In this document: positions 1 to 7,161 of the stretch, one piece after another
Numbering within the stretch: the stretch's first letter is position 1
How the letters are laid out: each line of letters begins with the position of its first letter
Origin: a virus
Lineage: Duplodnaviria > Caudoviricetes
IMG/VR virus record: IMGVR_UViG_3300024046_000025
Location: 1 to 64,000 of that record
Strand: one strand, 5' to 3'
Length of the DNA stretch: 64,000 bases
Made by a program: the position numbers and the translations under genes
Notes under the pieces: generated by a model
The model's input: only the letters and a program-made list of their open reading frames with translations
What the model was told of the DNA's origin: nothing
The model's database searches: none

Positions 1-72
1 CAAGGTGACGGTCACATAGTCCTTGATCTTGCGATCATAAACACGTGCGGTCGGCTTCCACTGCTTCGCCAT
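1..72 (-). CDS. First gene of leftward early (PL-like) operon, truncated by window edge (MAKQWKPTARVYDRKIKDYVTVTL...)
   Basis: ATG at 72 with GGAGAG RBS; open to position 1; downstream of operator pair. Confidence 0.7.
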   Translation of the reverse strand, partial: MAKQWKPTARVYDRKIKDYVTVTL

Positions 73-133
73 CTGCTCTCTCCATCCTCTCGACCAGATC
101 AGCCCGAGGGCGTCTTCGTGGTCTGATGGGAAG

Positions 134-188
134 AATGTACGCAAATCATACATATCCGTCAAGCATGAATGTAGGAAAAACGTACATT
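134..188. promoter_or_regulatory. OL-like operator pair AATGTA-N9-TACATA (134-154) and AATGTA-N9-TACATT (168-188)
   Basis: Two 21-bp palindromes 34 bp apart; same motif recurs between cI and cro. Confidence 0.8.
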
Positions 189-226
189 AAATTTGAGAAG
201 GCCCTGATGCCAAGAATCGCAGGCAC

Positions 227-249
227 AAAAAAGCCCGCCGGAGCGGGCT
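227..249 (-). terminator. Intrinsic terminator ending the cI operon
   Basis: Minus strand AGCCCGC-TCCG-GCGGGCT followed by T-run. Confidence 0.85.
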
Positions 250-275
250 GGGGTGGGAATTTGGAAGTGGGTGGG

Positions 276-596
276 TTAGCCGGCGATCCCGAAGAACTGT
301 TGTATCTGGGACTGGAATAGGGTCGCGGCGATGATGAACGCGGATACAGCCCCGTAAACGCCGAACACAAACCCCTTGGTCGGCAGGTGGCTGACGCGCT
401 CCTTGATGACAGCCATGTCAATGCGCAGGTCATCAACCTTGTCGTTGATCCTGTCGAATTGCTTTTCTAGATGCGAAACGCGCTGCTCCATGTCGTCAGA
501 TGTGCCATCTCCCCCGCCAGATTTCAAGGATTGCTCCGATTGACCCTTGTTCCCCATCGCGGACGTCGGAAGGCGAACCACGTTATTGTCGGTCAT
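276..596 (-). CDS. Small coiled-coil protein with C-terminal transmembrane helix (immunity-region cargo)
   Basis: MEQRVSHLEKQFDRINDKVDDLRIDMAVIKE heptads then GFVFGVYGAVSAFIIAATLF; overlaps upstream gene stop. Confidence 0.7.
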   Translation of the reverse strand: MTDNNVVRLPTSAMGNKGQSEQSLKSGGGDGTSDDMEQRVSHLEKQFDRINDKVDDLRIDMAVIKERVSHLPTKGFVFGVYGAVSAFIIAATLFQSQIQQFFGIAG

Positions 597-925
597 TTCC
601 CACCCCCGAGCGGCTGCGATGGCACATTGACCGTGGTGCTCCAATTATAGATCACAAAGGTCGCATGGTGACGAATATGGCCGCAGTTCATGCAGACCGT
701 TCGCACAGTTGGCATGTGGTATCCGCCAACGATATTGACCGTTCCGTCAGGGTTGTTCGCATAAGCGCTGTCCCTTGGGATAAAGCCAGTTTCACCTGTG
801 TCGATGTACCAGTTGTCATGCCTACAAAGCTCGCAAGCCGTATTTACACCACGAGCCTGCAAAAAAGCCCGGAGAACATCCGGCGAAAGCCATGCCTGCG
901 TATTAGCTGAGGCTGCATCATTCAT
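593..925 (-). CDS. Putative zinc-ribbon protein
   Basis: CELC ... CMNC pairs; ATGA-type coupling with both neighbours. Confidence 0.7.
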   Translation of the reverse strand: MNDAASANTQAWLSPDVLRAFLQARGVNTACELCRHDNWYIDTGETGFIPRDSAYANNPDGTVNIVGGYHMPTVRTVCMNCGHIRHHATFVIYNWSTTVNVPSQPLGGGK

Positions 926-1095
926 TTTTCTTCCCCCTGATCCTTCCACCCTATGGCATCCAGCACCGCATCCGCCTCGGGCAAGAAACTCTCCCACATA
1001 GGCCGGCCCTTGGTGGTAATGTTCTCGGGCAGACCAGCCATTCGGCATAGCGCGCGGGCGGCAAGCTCTCTTGCTGGTTTGGGCTTGCGGGTCAT
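922..1095 (-). CDS. 57-aa hypothetical protein coupled to cI
   Basis: ATG overlaps the cI TGA (ATGA at 1095-1092). Confidence 0.65.
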   Translation of the reverse strand: MTRKPKPARELAARALCRMAGLPENITTKGRPMWESFLPEADAVLDAIGWKDQGEEK

Positions 1096-1679
1096 AGGCG
1101 CGGTTTGATGTCGATTACTTTGGCTGCCCACATCAGTGTCACATTTTCCTCGATATGGCCCGTACCAGATATCAGGTTGAATCCGTGCGATCCGCGGCGC
1201 ACCCACTTAATCAGAACACGGTCGTCTGACGTGCCCACCACACAAAGATGGCCTAGCCATTCTTCATCAAAGGGGTTCCTTCGGTTGGCGTAAAATGCTC
1301 GCCAGCCATCGAAGTTTGGCCCCAAACTGTCGCCCACGATATTGACGGCAACGGTGCCCACCGGCGCATCTTCGGGGCCTTCGACCATTTCCGGATCGCC
1401 CGGCCAATGGGTCTCAGAGATAACACCGCCAGCTCCAGCATCTCCCAAAAGAGGAAAACGGCGCGCCGGCGGCGGTTCCTCAAGATATTCTGCCATACGC
1501 GGAATCTCAGGCACCTTGATCTGCCGCGCCCCCTTCATAAGGCTGGTAATCTGTGGGTGGGCAATGCCCAGATGCTCGGCGAGTCCCTTCTGGGTTTTGC
1601 CGGGCTTCTTGAGGCCCTTTCTAATCCAGGCCAGATATCGTTCTGTTTCAGCATCAACCATTGTGCGAATTTCGGACAT
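1092..1679 (-). CDS. cI: CI-type repressor (HTH + S24 peptidase domain)
   Basis: HTH QKGLAEHLGIAHPQITSLMKG; S24 motifs IVGDSL (Ser) and LIKWV (Lys); divergent from cro; start could be 1661. Confidence 0.9.
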   Translation of the reverse strand: MSEIRTMVDAETERYLAWIRKGLKKPGKTQKGLAEHLGIAHPQITSLMKGARQIKVPEIPRMAEYLEEPPPARRFPLLGDAGAGGVISETHWPGDPEMVEGPEDAPVGTVAVNIVGDSLGPNFDGWRAFYANRRNPFDEEWLGHLCVVGTSDDRVLIKWVRRGSHGFNLISGTGHIEENVTLMWAAKVIDIKPRL

Positions 1680-1693
1680 AGCGCCGAAAACGC

Positions 1694-1748
1694 CTATTAG
1701 CATTATCGTACATTGCCTCTTGTGTTGCTTGTATGAATATCGTACATT
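1694..1748. promoter_or_regulatory. OR-like operator region between cI and cro
   Basis: TATCGTACATT repeated at 1704 and 1738 (34 bp apart); CTTGTA-N9-TACATT at 1728-1748. Confidence 0.75.
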
Positions 1749-2006
1749 ATGGCTATGCGATGCGAACCAGCCAATTCAATCATCCAGAAATTCGGCGGCC
1801 TTAGCGCCCTCGCCGAGGTAACGGGCGTTAAGCCGCACACCGTCATGCGCTGGCGTATGCCACGCGATCGTGGCGGCACGGGCGGAGTCATCCCGCACTG
1901 GCACGTTGAGGCTGTGCTTGCCGAAGCCAGGGCCCGGAAAATCAAGCTCGGGTCATCCGATTTTTTCCCCACCCCCACCACCCCCTCCCATGGTGAACGG
2001 GCATGA
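1749..2006 (+). CDS. cro: Cro-like repressor
   Basis: IIQKFGGLSALAEVTGVKPHTVMRWR Cro-type HTH, divergent from cI. Confidence 0.85.
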   Translation: MAMRCEPANSIIQKFGGLSALAEVTGVKPHTVMRWRMPRDRGGTGGVIPHWHVEAVLAEARARKIKLGSSDFFPTPTTPSHGERA

Positions 2007-2311
2007 GCAGGGTTCCCGATATCGGTCATCCGCAGGGCCTCAGCCCGCGCAAGAAGTTCTTCCCCGAGATTGGAGAGGACTGCATCAACATGGATGGCGT
2101 CATCGAGTTGATGCGCTCCATCGACACGCCGCAGGCCAAGGCCATGTACCGCGCCTTTCGCAAGCGCCACGCACAGATGCGTCTCGATCCCCAAGGTCGT
2201 ACTCCCGAGAAAATCCGGGAGGAAGCAGTTCTGGCAGCGCTGGCCGATTGCGGCGCCAACGTCACCTTCACGAAAATCAGCGGCAACATGGGTGGGGGCG
2301 AGCCAGCATGA
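2003..2311 (+). CDS. Hypothetical phage protein
   Basis: ATGA overlaps at both ends. Confidence 0.65.
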   Translation: MSRVPDIGHPQGLSPRKKFFPEIGEDCINMDGVIELMRSIDTPQAKAMYRAFRKRHAQMRLDPQGRTPEKIREEAVLAALADCGANVTFTKISGNMGGGEPA

Positions 2312-3153
2312 GCAGGATAGAGACTCGCTTTCCGATTGTCGCGCTTCCGGATGCGCCGGAGGCCCCGGCCATTCATGGTGCAGTTGGGCGCCTTCAGATG
2401 GTGGAGGTGTCCAAACTCTACGTTGACACCACCTATCAGCGCGCTGTTTCCGCCGGGTCGGTGCGAAACATCAAGCGCATCTGTGCCGCCTTCGATTGGG
2501 CGAAGTTTCTTCCGGTCATCGTCACGTGCGAAGGCGAGACCTATAGCGTCGTGGACGGCCAGCACCGCACGATTGCGGCGGCCACCATCGGGATTGAGGC
2601 GGTTCCTTGCTACGTCCTTTCCTGCTCGGCTTCCGAGGCGGCAGCGGCTTTCGCTGCAATCAACGGCAATGTAACGCCTGTCCAGCCCATTGACCTCTGG
2701 TTCGCAGAGGTGGCGGCCAAAGCGCCGAAGGCTATCTCCCTCCTGCGGGTTCTCGATGCGGCGGGCGTAAAAGTCACTCGGAAGAAAGAGGGCTTCTTGG
2801 TGGGCGAGACCCGCTCCGTGAATGTCCTGGCGCGGGCGCTCGACTTTTATGGCAGCGCCACCCTGACCACCATCCTGCAATGCATCGTTGAATGCGGCGA
2901 CGGCAACCCGGGCATGATTACCGGTGCAGTGGTCAATGGCATTGGCCGCGCCGTCCGCACCAAGACCGATCTCCTGGCTAACCCGTCGAAGCTTTTTGAG
3001 GTTTTCGACGGCATCTCGATCAGCAGCATGGTCTACGAGGCCGGCATTGAGAGCGCCAGAACCGGCAACCCGGTTCAGTTCATTCTGACGCGCCAGATCA
3101 ATCAAGAAATTCGTGATGCTACGGAAGCAGGGAGGCATTCTCATGCAGCCTAG
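2308..3153 (+). CDS. ParB/Srx-like N-terminal domain protein (DUF6551-like)
   Basis: LYVDTTYQR and YSVVDGQHRTIAA motifs. Confidence 0.75.
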   Translation: MSRIETRFPIVALPDAPEAPAIHGAVGRLQMVEVSKLYVDTTYQRAVSAGSVRNIKRICAAFDWAKFLPVIVTCEGETYSVVDGQHRTIAAATIGIEAVPCYVLSCSASEAAAAFAAINGNVTPVQPIDLWFAEVAAKAPKAISLLRVLDAAGVKVTRKKEGFLVGETRSVNVLARALDFYGSATLTTILQCIVECGDGNPGMITGAVVNGIGRAVRTKTDLLANPSKLFEVFDGISISSMVYEAGIESARTGNPVQFILTRQINQEIRDATEAGRHSHAA

Positions 3154-3508
3154 TTGCACATGCCCGCTCTGCGGCACGGACGGCATTGAAATCCCCATCT
3201 CGATATTGCCGGAACGCGGCATGGTGGTGGCGAATGGCAAGTTCGCCATTCTGACCGGCACCGAGGCATTACTGCTCCAGCGTCTTGCAGAGGTGTTCCC
3301 GCGCGTCGTCTCAAAGGAGGCGCTGCTGGAATGGATGTACCAGATCACCCCGGACAAAGAGCCGGAAATCAAGATCATCGACGTGTACGTCTGCAAAATC
3401 AGGAAGAAGATCGAGCCTCTCGGCATCCGCATCGATACGGCCTGGGGCAAGGGATATTCGCTCGCAGCAACGTCGCGCCTGCAAGTTATTCGTGAGGAGG
3501 TGGCGTGA
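3143..3508 (+). CDS. OmpR-type winged-helix protein resembling the CtrA DNA-binding domain, with N-terminal CxCxxC
   Basis: EPEIKIIDVYVCKIRKK...IDTAWGKGY versus CtrA EPELKIIDVFICKLRKK...TVWGRGY; no receiver domain; GGAGG RBS. Confidence 0.8.
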   Translation: MQPSCTCPLCGTDGIEIPISILPERGMVVANGKFAILTGTEALLLQRLAEVFPRVVSKEALLEWMYQITPDKEPEIKIIDVYVCKIRKKIEPLGIRIDTAWGKGYSLAATSRLQVIREEVA

Positions 3509-3804
3509 TGTTTTCCTCCGAAGCCCTCAAGGCCGTTGTTACCGAACTGCGCCCCGTCATTGAGCGCCAGCTTGCCGACGCCGCGATCATCACCAGCATG
3601 CGCGAGCTTGTGACCGCTCAGGGTGGCGACTGGTCCGCCATCAAGGCGCTGGTCAAGGCCCAGGTTCAGGATGAGCAGGACGATGCCGGCGACGGTAAGC
3701 GCGTCCGCAAGGTCATCGAGAAAAGCGAGTTTACCACCGCTTACGCCGACATGCTCGGCATGAATGTGAACGAAGAAAATTATATTCGGGAGGCGACAGA
3801 ATGA
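3508..3804 (+). CDS. Divergent GapR/DUF2312-like protein
   Basis: Size, helical pattern, GGDWSAIKALVK and terminal YADMLGM resemble GapR (GFDxKxLRxII...YxxALGM). Confidence 0.5.
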   Translation: MFSSEALKAVVTELRPVIERQLADAAIITSMRELVTAQGGDWSAIKALVKAQVQDEQDDAGDGKRVRKVIEKSEFTTAYADMLGMNVNEENYIREATE

Positions 3805-3914
3805 CCCATCGCCCCGGATATTTCGACCCCACCCCTGTTCTTCGCGCAATGGTTGCCGGCCTCTCTCTGGTTGCTGCTGCTGGCTATGTCCTGCGTCTGG
3901 CGGGAGCATTGTGA
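3801..3914 (+). CDS. 37-aa hydrophobic peptide (not in ORF track)
   Basis: MTHRPGYFDPTPVLRAMVAGLSLVAAAGYVLRLAGAL; GGAGG RBS; ATGA overlap. Confidence 0.55.
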   Translation: MTHRPGYFDPTPVLRAMVAGLSLVAAAGYVLRLAGAL

Positions 3915-4012
3915 TGAATCGCGCCCTGTTGACCGTCACAGTCTCCATGGCGCTGTGGGCGATCACCATCGCGGCTGTCTTGATGGTCTGGTTTTGGACG
4001 GGGGCGCTGTGA
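3914..4012 (+). CDS. 32-aa transmembrane peptide (not in ORF track)
   Basis: MNRALLTVTVSMALWAITIAAVLMVWFWTGAL; TGATG overlap; GGAG RBS. Confidence 0.55.
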   Translation: MNRALLTVTVSMALWAITIAAVLMVWFWTGAL

Positions 4013-4083
4013 TGGCTGCTGCCTCCACCATTCGACGCGACGAGGCAACGCCTGCGGCCAAGGCCAGCCAGGGCGCCACTCTG

Positions 4084-4326
4084 TCATTTCCTGACCATCA
4101 CCAAGCCGGCGCGGTTTGTTCTGCGTCCCGCCGGCTTCGTCATGCTCGGGTTAATCCATACGAGTTTCAGTTTGCTGGGGCTGACGCTCCCCGGCAAAGG
4201 CCGGCGTTCCAGTCCCTCCCTCGGGGCGCCGGCCACTCCATTTACGCGGTCAAGTTGACGCTTGGCCTCGTCCATCATCTGCCGACGCACATGGTCTCTG
4301 AACTCCGGTGTGGTCGGGATTTCCAT
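4084..4326 (-). CDS. Small counter-oriented hypothetical protein
   Basis: Helical N-terminus MEIPTTPEFRDHVRRQMMDEAKRQLDRV; competing + strand ORF exists. Confidence 0.4.
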   Translation of the reverse strand: MEIPTTPEFRDHVRRQMMDEAKRQLDRVNGVAGAPREGLERRPLPGSVSPSKLKLVWINPSMTKPAGRRTNRAGLVMVRK

Positions 4327-4391
4327 CGCCTCAATCGCCTTTCGTCTCTCACTCGTCCCGTTGGCTTTGACGCTAACGGGAAGGAATTGAC

Positions 4392-4817
4392 GTGCAGGAC
4401 AACAATCGTTTGCTCGTGGAGCAAAAAGAAATGACCGACATGACCGCTGTGGATGAAGCGGCCTCGTGGGCCGATTTGATTGTAAGGCGCGAGCATCGCG
4501 GGCCGGGCGACACGCTGGATGCGGCCCGGCACCGCGCCGCTCGCAAGCACAAGGTGCCCGAGCAGGCTTTGTGGTCGCTCCGCTACCGCAGGCCCAAAGA
4601 CCTTGCCGCCAGCATCTACCGCTCGCTCTACCGCGCCTACGTGGCCGAAACCAAAAGCATGGAGGCCAAGATTGCCGAAAACCTCAAGATCCTTGAGGCG
4701 CTTCCACCTGGTCCGGCTCGTGACCGGATGGTGGATCAACTGGCGCGCTTCCAGGCTGATCGCCCGCACGAAACGCAAACACCGCCGGCGCATCCACGGC
4801 GCCGCGCAACAGACTGA
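4392..4817 (+). CDS. Phage regulatory protein (CII-position HTH-like)
   Basis: RREHRGPGDTLDAA...LWSLRYRRPKD motif typical of alphaproteobacterial prophage regulators; start 4392 or 4431. Confidence 0.6.
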   Translation: MQDNNRLLVEQKEMTDMTAVDEAASWADLIVRREHRGPGDTLDAARHRAARKHKVPEQALWSLRYRRPKDLAASIYRSLYRAYVAETKSMEAKIAENLKILEALPPGPARDRMVDQLARFQADRPHETQTPPAHPRRRATD

Positions 4818-4838
4818 CGCTCAATTGGAGGACTGACC

Positions 4839-5162
4839 ATGGCTCAACGTGCCAAGCCCGCCGAAACTCCCGCAGACGATATTTCCCAGGCCATCGCGGT
4901 CGATATGGGCCAAATGGAAGCTGTCGTTGCCGAAGCTGCTGCGATGACCGCGCCGACCACTTCCCGCTGTGTCTCTGAGAGAAACAGGCTCCAGTTGCGG
5001 GTGAATGAGCTGGAACGCGAGCATTCCGACTTTTCTGATCGTCGCGCCTTGCTCCGGGCTCAATACGAGGCCGCTGACGCTGCTCTCGCCAGCCACATGG
5101 TCGATATCAGCGATGCGCTGCGCCTGTATCGCGGTGGCCTCCAGCAAGATGCGGATGAATGA
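4839..5162 (+). CDS. Hypothetical coiled-coil protein
   Basis: GGAGG RBS; heptad pattern. Confidence 0.7.
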   Translation: MAQRAKPAETPADDISQAIAVDMGQMEAVVAEAAAMTAPTTSRCVSERNRLQLRVNELEREHSDFSDRRALLRAQYEAADAALASHMVDISDALRLYRGGLQQDADE

Positions 5163-5347
5163 CCATGTGGCCCTTCACCCGCAAACCAGCGACTCGCGTT
5201 GTGTTCAGCCGCTCCAAGGACGCTGCCCGCAAGCAACTCGCATCCGATCAGGACAAGACTGCAAAGCTGGTGGCAGAGCTTTCCGCTTCCGGTCGCTACG
5301 TCCCTGAATTCTATCGCCATGCTTCTCAGAAGGGGGGGGCGGTGTAG
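5159..5347 (+). CDS. Hypothetical protein
   Basis: ATGA overlap; ends in a G8 tract encoding QKGGAV. Confidence 0.65.
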   Translation: MTMWPFTRKPATRVVFSRSKDAARKQLASDQDKTAKLVAELSASGRYVPEFYRHASQKGGAV

Positions 5348-5349
5348 CC

Positions 5350-5982
5350 ATGGCTGAGCCTCTTCGCGTCCTTGTCGCCTGCGAGTTCTCTGGCACTGTG
5401 CGGCGCGCCTTTGCTGCGCTGGGCCATGACGCATGGTCCTGCGACCTGCTGCCGTCCGAGGATCGCAGCAACAAGCATATCGTCGGTGACGCCCGAAACA
5501 TTCTCGATGACGGCTGGGATTTGCTCATGGTGGCGCATCCACCATGCACCCGACTTTGCAATTCCGGCGTCCGCTGGCTCTCGACGCCGCCGCCGGGAAA
5601 AACTGCCGGGCAGATGCAGGAAGAATTGCGCGAAGGCGCCGCCCTGTTCTCTGCCTTCTGGAATGCGCCAATCGAACGCATTTGCGTCGAGAACCCTGTC
5701 ATGCACCGCCATGCCAAGGCGCTGATCGAGAATTATCGGGAGCCGGCGCAATCGGTGCAGCCGTGGCAGTTCGGCCATGGCGAGGTCAAGCGCACCTGCT
5801 TCTGGCTCAAGAACCTGTCGCCTCTGGTCCCGACCAAAATCGTGGAAGGGCGAACCGCGCGTGTTCATCGCATGCCGCCCGGCCCGGATCGCTGGAAGGA
5901 GCGCAGCCGCTTTTTCACCGGCATTGCCGAGGCCATGGCCCAGCAGTGGGGCGGCATTGCAGAGGAAAGGGCCGTCGCATGA
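5350..5982 (+). CDS. Short DNA cytosine-C5 methyltransferase-like protein
   Basis: VACEFSG (motif I variant), AHPPC (IV), VENP (VI), RSRFFTGIAEAMAQQWG C-terminus. Confidence 0.75.
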   Translation: MAEPLRVLVACEFSGTVRRAFAALGHDAWSCDLLPSEDRSNKHIVGDARNILDDGWDLLMVAHPPCTRLCNSGVRWLSTPPPGKTAGQMQEELREGAALFSAFWNAPIERICVENPVMHRHAKALIENYREPAQSVQPWQFGHGEVKRTCFWLKNLSPLVPTKIVEGRTARVHRMPPGPDRWKERSRFFTGIAEAMAQQWGGIAEERAVA

Positions 5983-6237
5983 GCGCCGTACGAGAAAAGA
6001 CCGCGACCCTCAAAGACGTTCGCTACGCTCTAGAATTCGGCGGCGAACGCCTCCTGCGCACCTATACCCACGACGAACGCCAGAAGGGGGGGGGCACGTT
6101 TCTCCCTGAGCAGGACCGGCGTCCCGGTTTCATCTCAGGTCGCATCCGCCATTCTAGGCGATCCGCATGTGGTCGCTATCGAGGATGGGCTTCTGCCCGG
6201 CCATTCGCAGCAGTTCGAGTGGAGGGCTGAGCTGTGA
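5979..6237 (+). pseudogene. Small phage gene apparently frameshifted at a G9 tract (6086-6094)
   Basis: Removing one G gives ...QKGGARFSLSRTG...EDGLLPGHSQQFEWRAEL*, whose TGA overlaps the MTase GTG. Confidence 0.5.
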
Positions 6238-6794
6238 CCGTTACCGCTTCCAACTACGCCCGCAAAGAAAACGACCTATACCAGACTGAGCCTTGGGCGA
6301 CGGAAGTGCTGTTGCGGCATTTCCCGGTGGCCGGGCTGCGCGTTTGGGAGCCTGCCGCCGGCAATCACCTCATGGCTGATGTGCTGCGCGAGAACGGGGC
6401 CACCGTCGCCACCAGCGATATCGTCACCTATGACCGCGAGCATGACGCGATCAGAGACTTCCTGAATCGCCCATATGCCGGGCCAGCCTTCGACGCGATC
6501 ATCACGAATCCTCCATATGGCAAAGGCAATCGTGACGCGGTGCGCTTTGCTGAGCTTTCGCTTGAGCGCTGCGCCGGCATGGTGGCTCTTCTGCTGACCG
6601 CCAAATTCGACTTCGGCAAGACCCGCCGTCACCTGTTCCAAGACAACCCCCGATTCATGGCCAAGATTGCCCTGCTGGACCGCATTTCGTGGGCCGGTAA
6701 CGGCGAGACAGGCACAGAAGATCATGCCTGGTACGTGTGGGGGCCAGGCCCTTACTCGCATGCCATCAATCTTTATGGCGGGAGGGCGGCATGA
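6234..6794 (+). CDS. N6-adenine (or N4-cytosine) DNA methyltransferase
   Basis: LYQTEPWAT, WEPAAGNH (SAM-binding) and IITNPPY catalytic motif. Confidence 0.85.
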   Translation: MTVTASNYARKENDLYQTEPWATEVLLRHFPVAGLRVWEPAAGNHLMADVLRENGATVATSDIVTYDREHDAIRDFLNRPYAGPAFDAIITNPPYGKGNRDAVRFAELSLERCAGMVALLLTAKFDFGKTRRHLFQDNPRFMAKIALLDRISWAGNGETGTEDHAWYVWGPGPYSHAINLYGGRAA

Positions 6795-7051
6795 ACCCTC
6801 TCTCCACACTGAAAGGCCAGAGACATTCGACCGGGATAAAAACCAATGGCATCAGGCGTCCCTGCACCTCGCATTTGAACCTGACCGTCTCGCTGGCTGA
6901 CGTCTGGGGCGTTCGGCCGCCGCCGCGCATCCGCATGGCCGGGCCACGAACCGATTTGCCGCCCCCGAAACCAAGGCTTCCGCTCGTCAAGGCGAAGAAG
7001 CCGATGCTGCCGCCGTTCGCTGGCTATGACCCGACAGAAAGGCCGTGGTGA
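6791..7051 (+). CDS. Hypothetical protein
   Basis: GGAGG RBS; ATGA overlap; C-terminal FAGYDPTE. Confidence 0.6.
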   Translation: MNPLSTLKGQRHSTGIKTNGIRRPCTSHLNLTVSLADVWGVRPPPRIRMAGPRTDLPPPKPRLPLVKAKKPMLPPFAGYDPTERPW

Positions 7052-7161
7052 TGATCCTCACGGCTGCCAATGACAACACCACCATGAAGCCGCTTTGGGT
7101 TGTTCTGAACATGACCTTGAACCAGACGGCGCGCCGCATGAAGACGAAGGGCAAGGCATGA
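7051..7161 (+). CDS. 36-aa peptide MILTAANDN... (not in ORF track)
   Basis: Fills the gap with overlaps at both ends. Confidence 0.5.
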   Translation: MILTAANDNTTMKPLWVVLNMTLNQTARRMKTKGKA

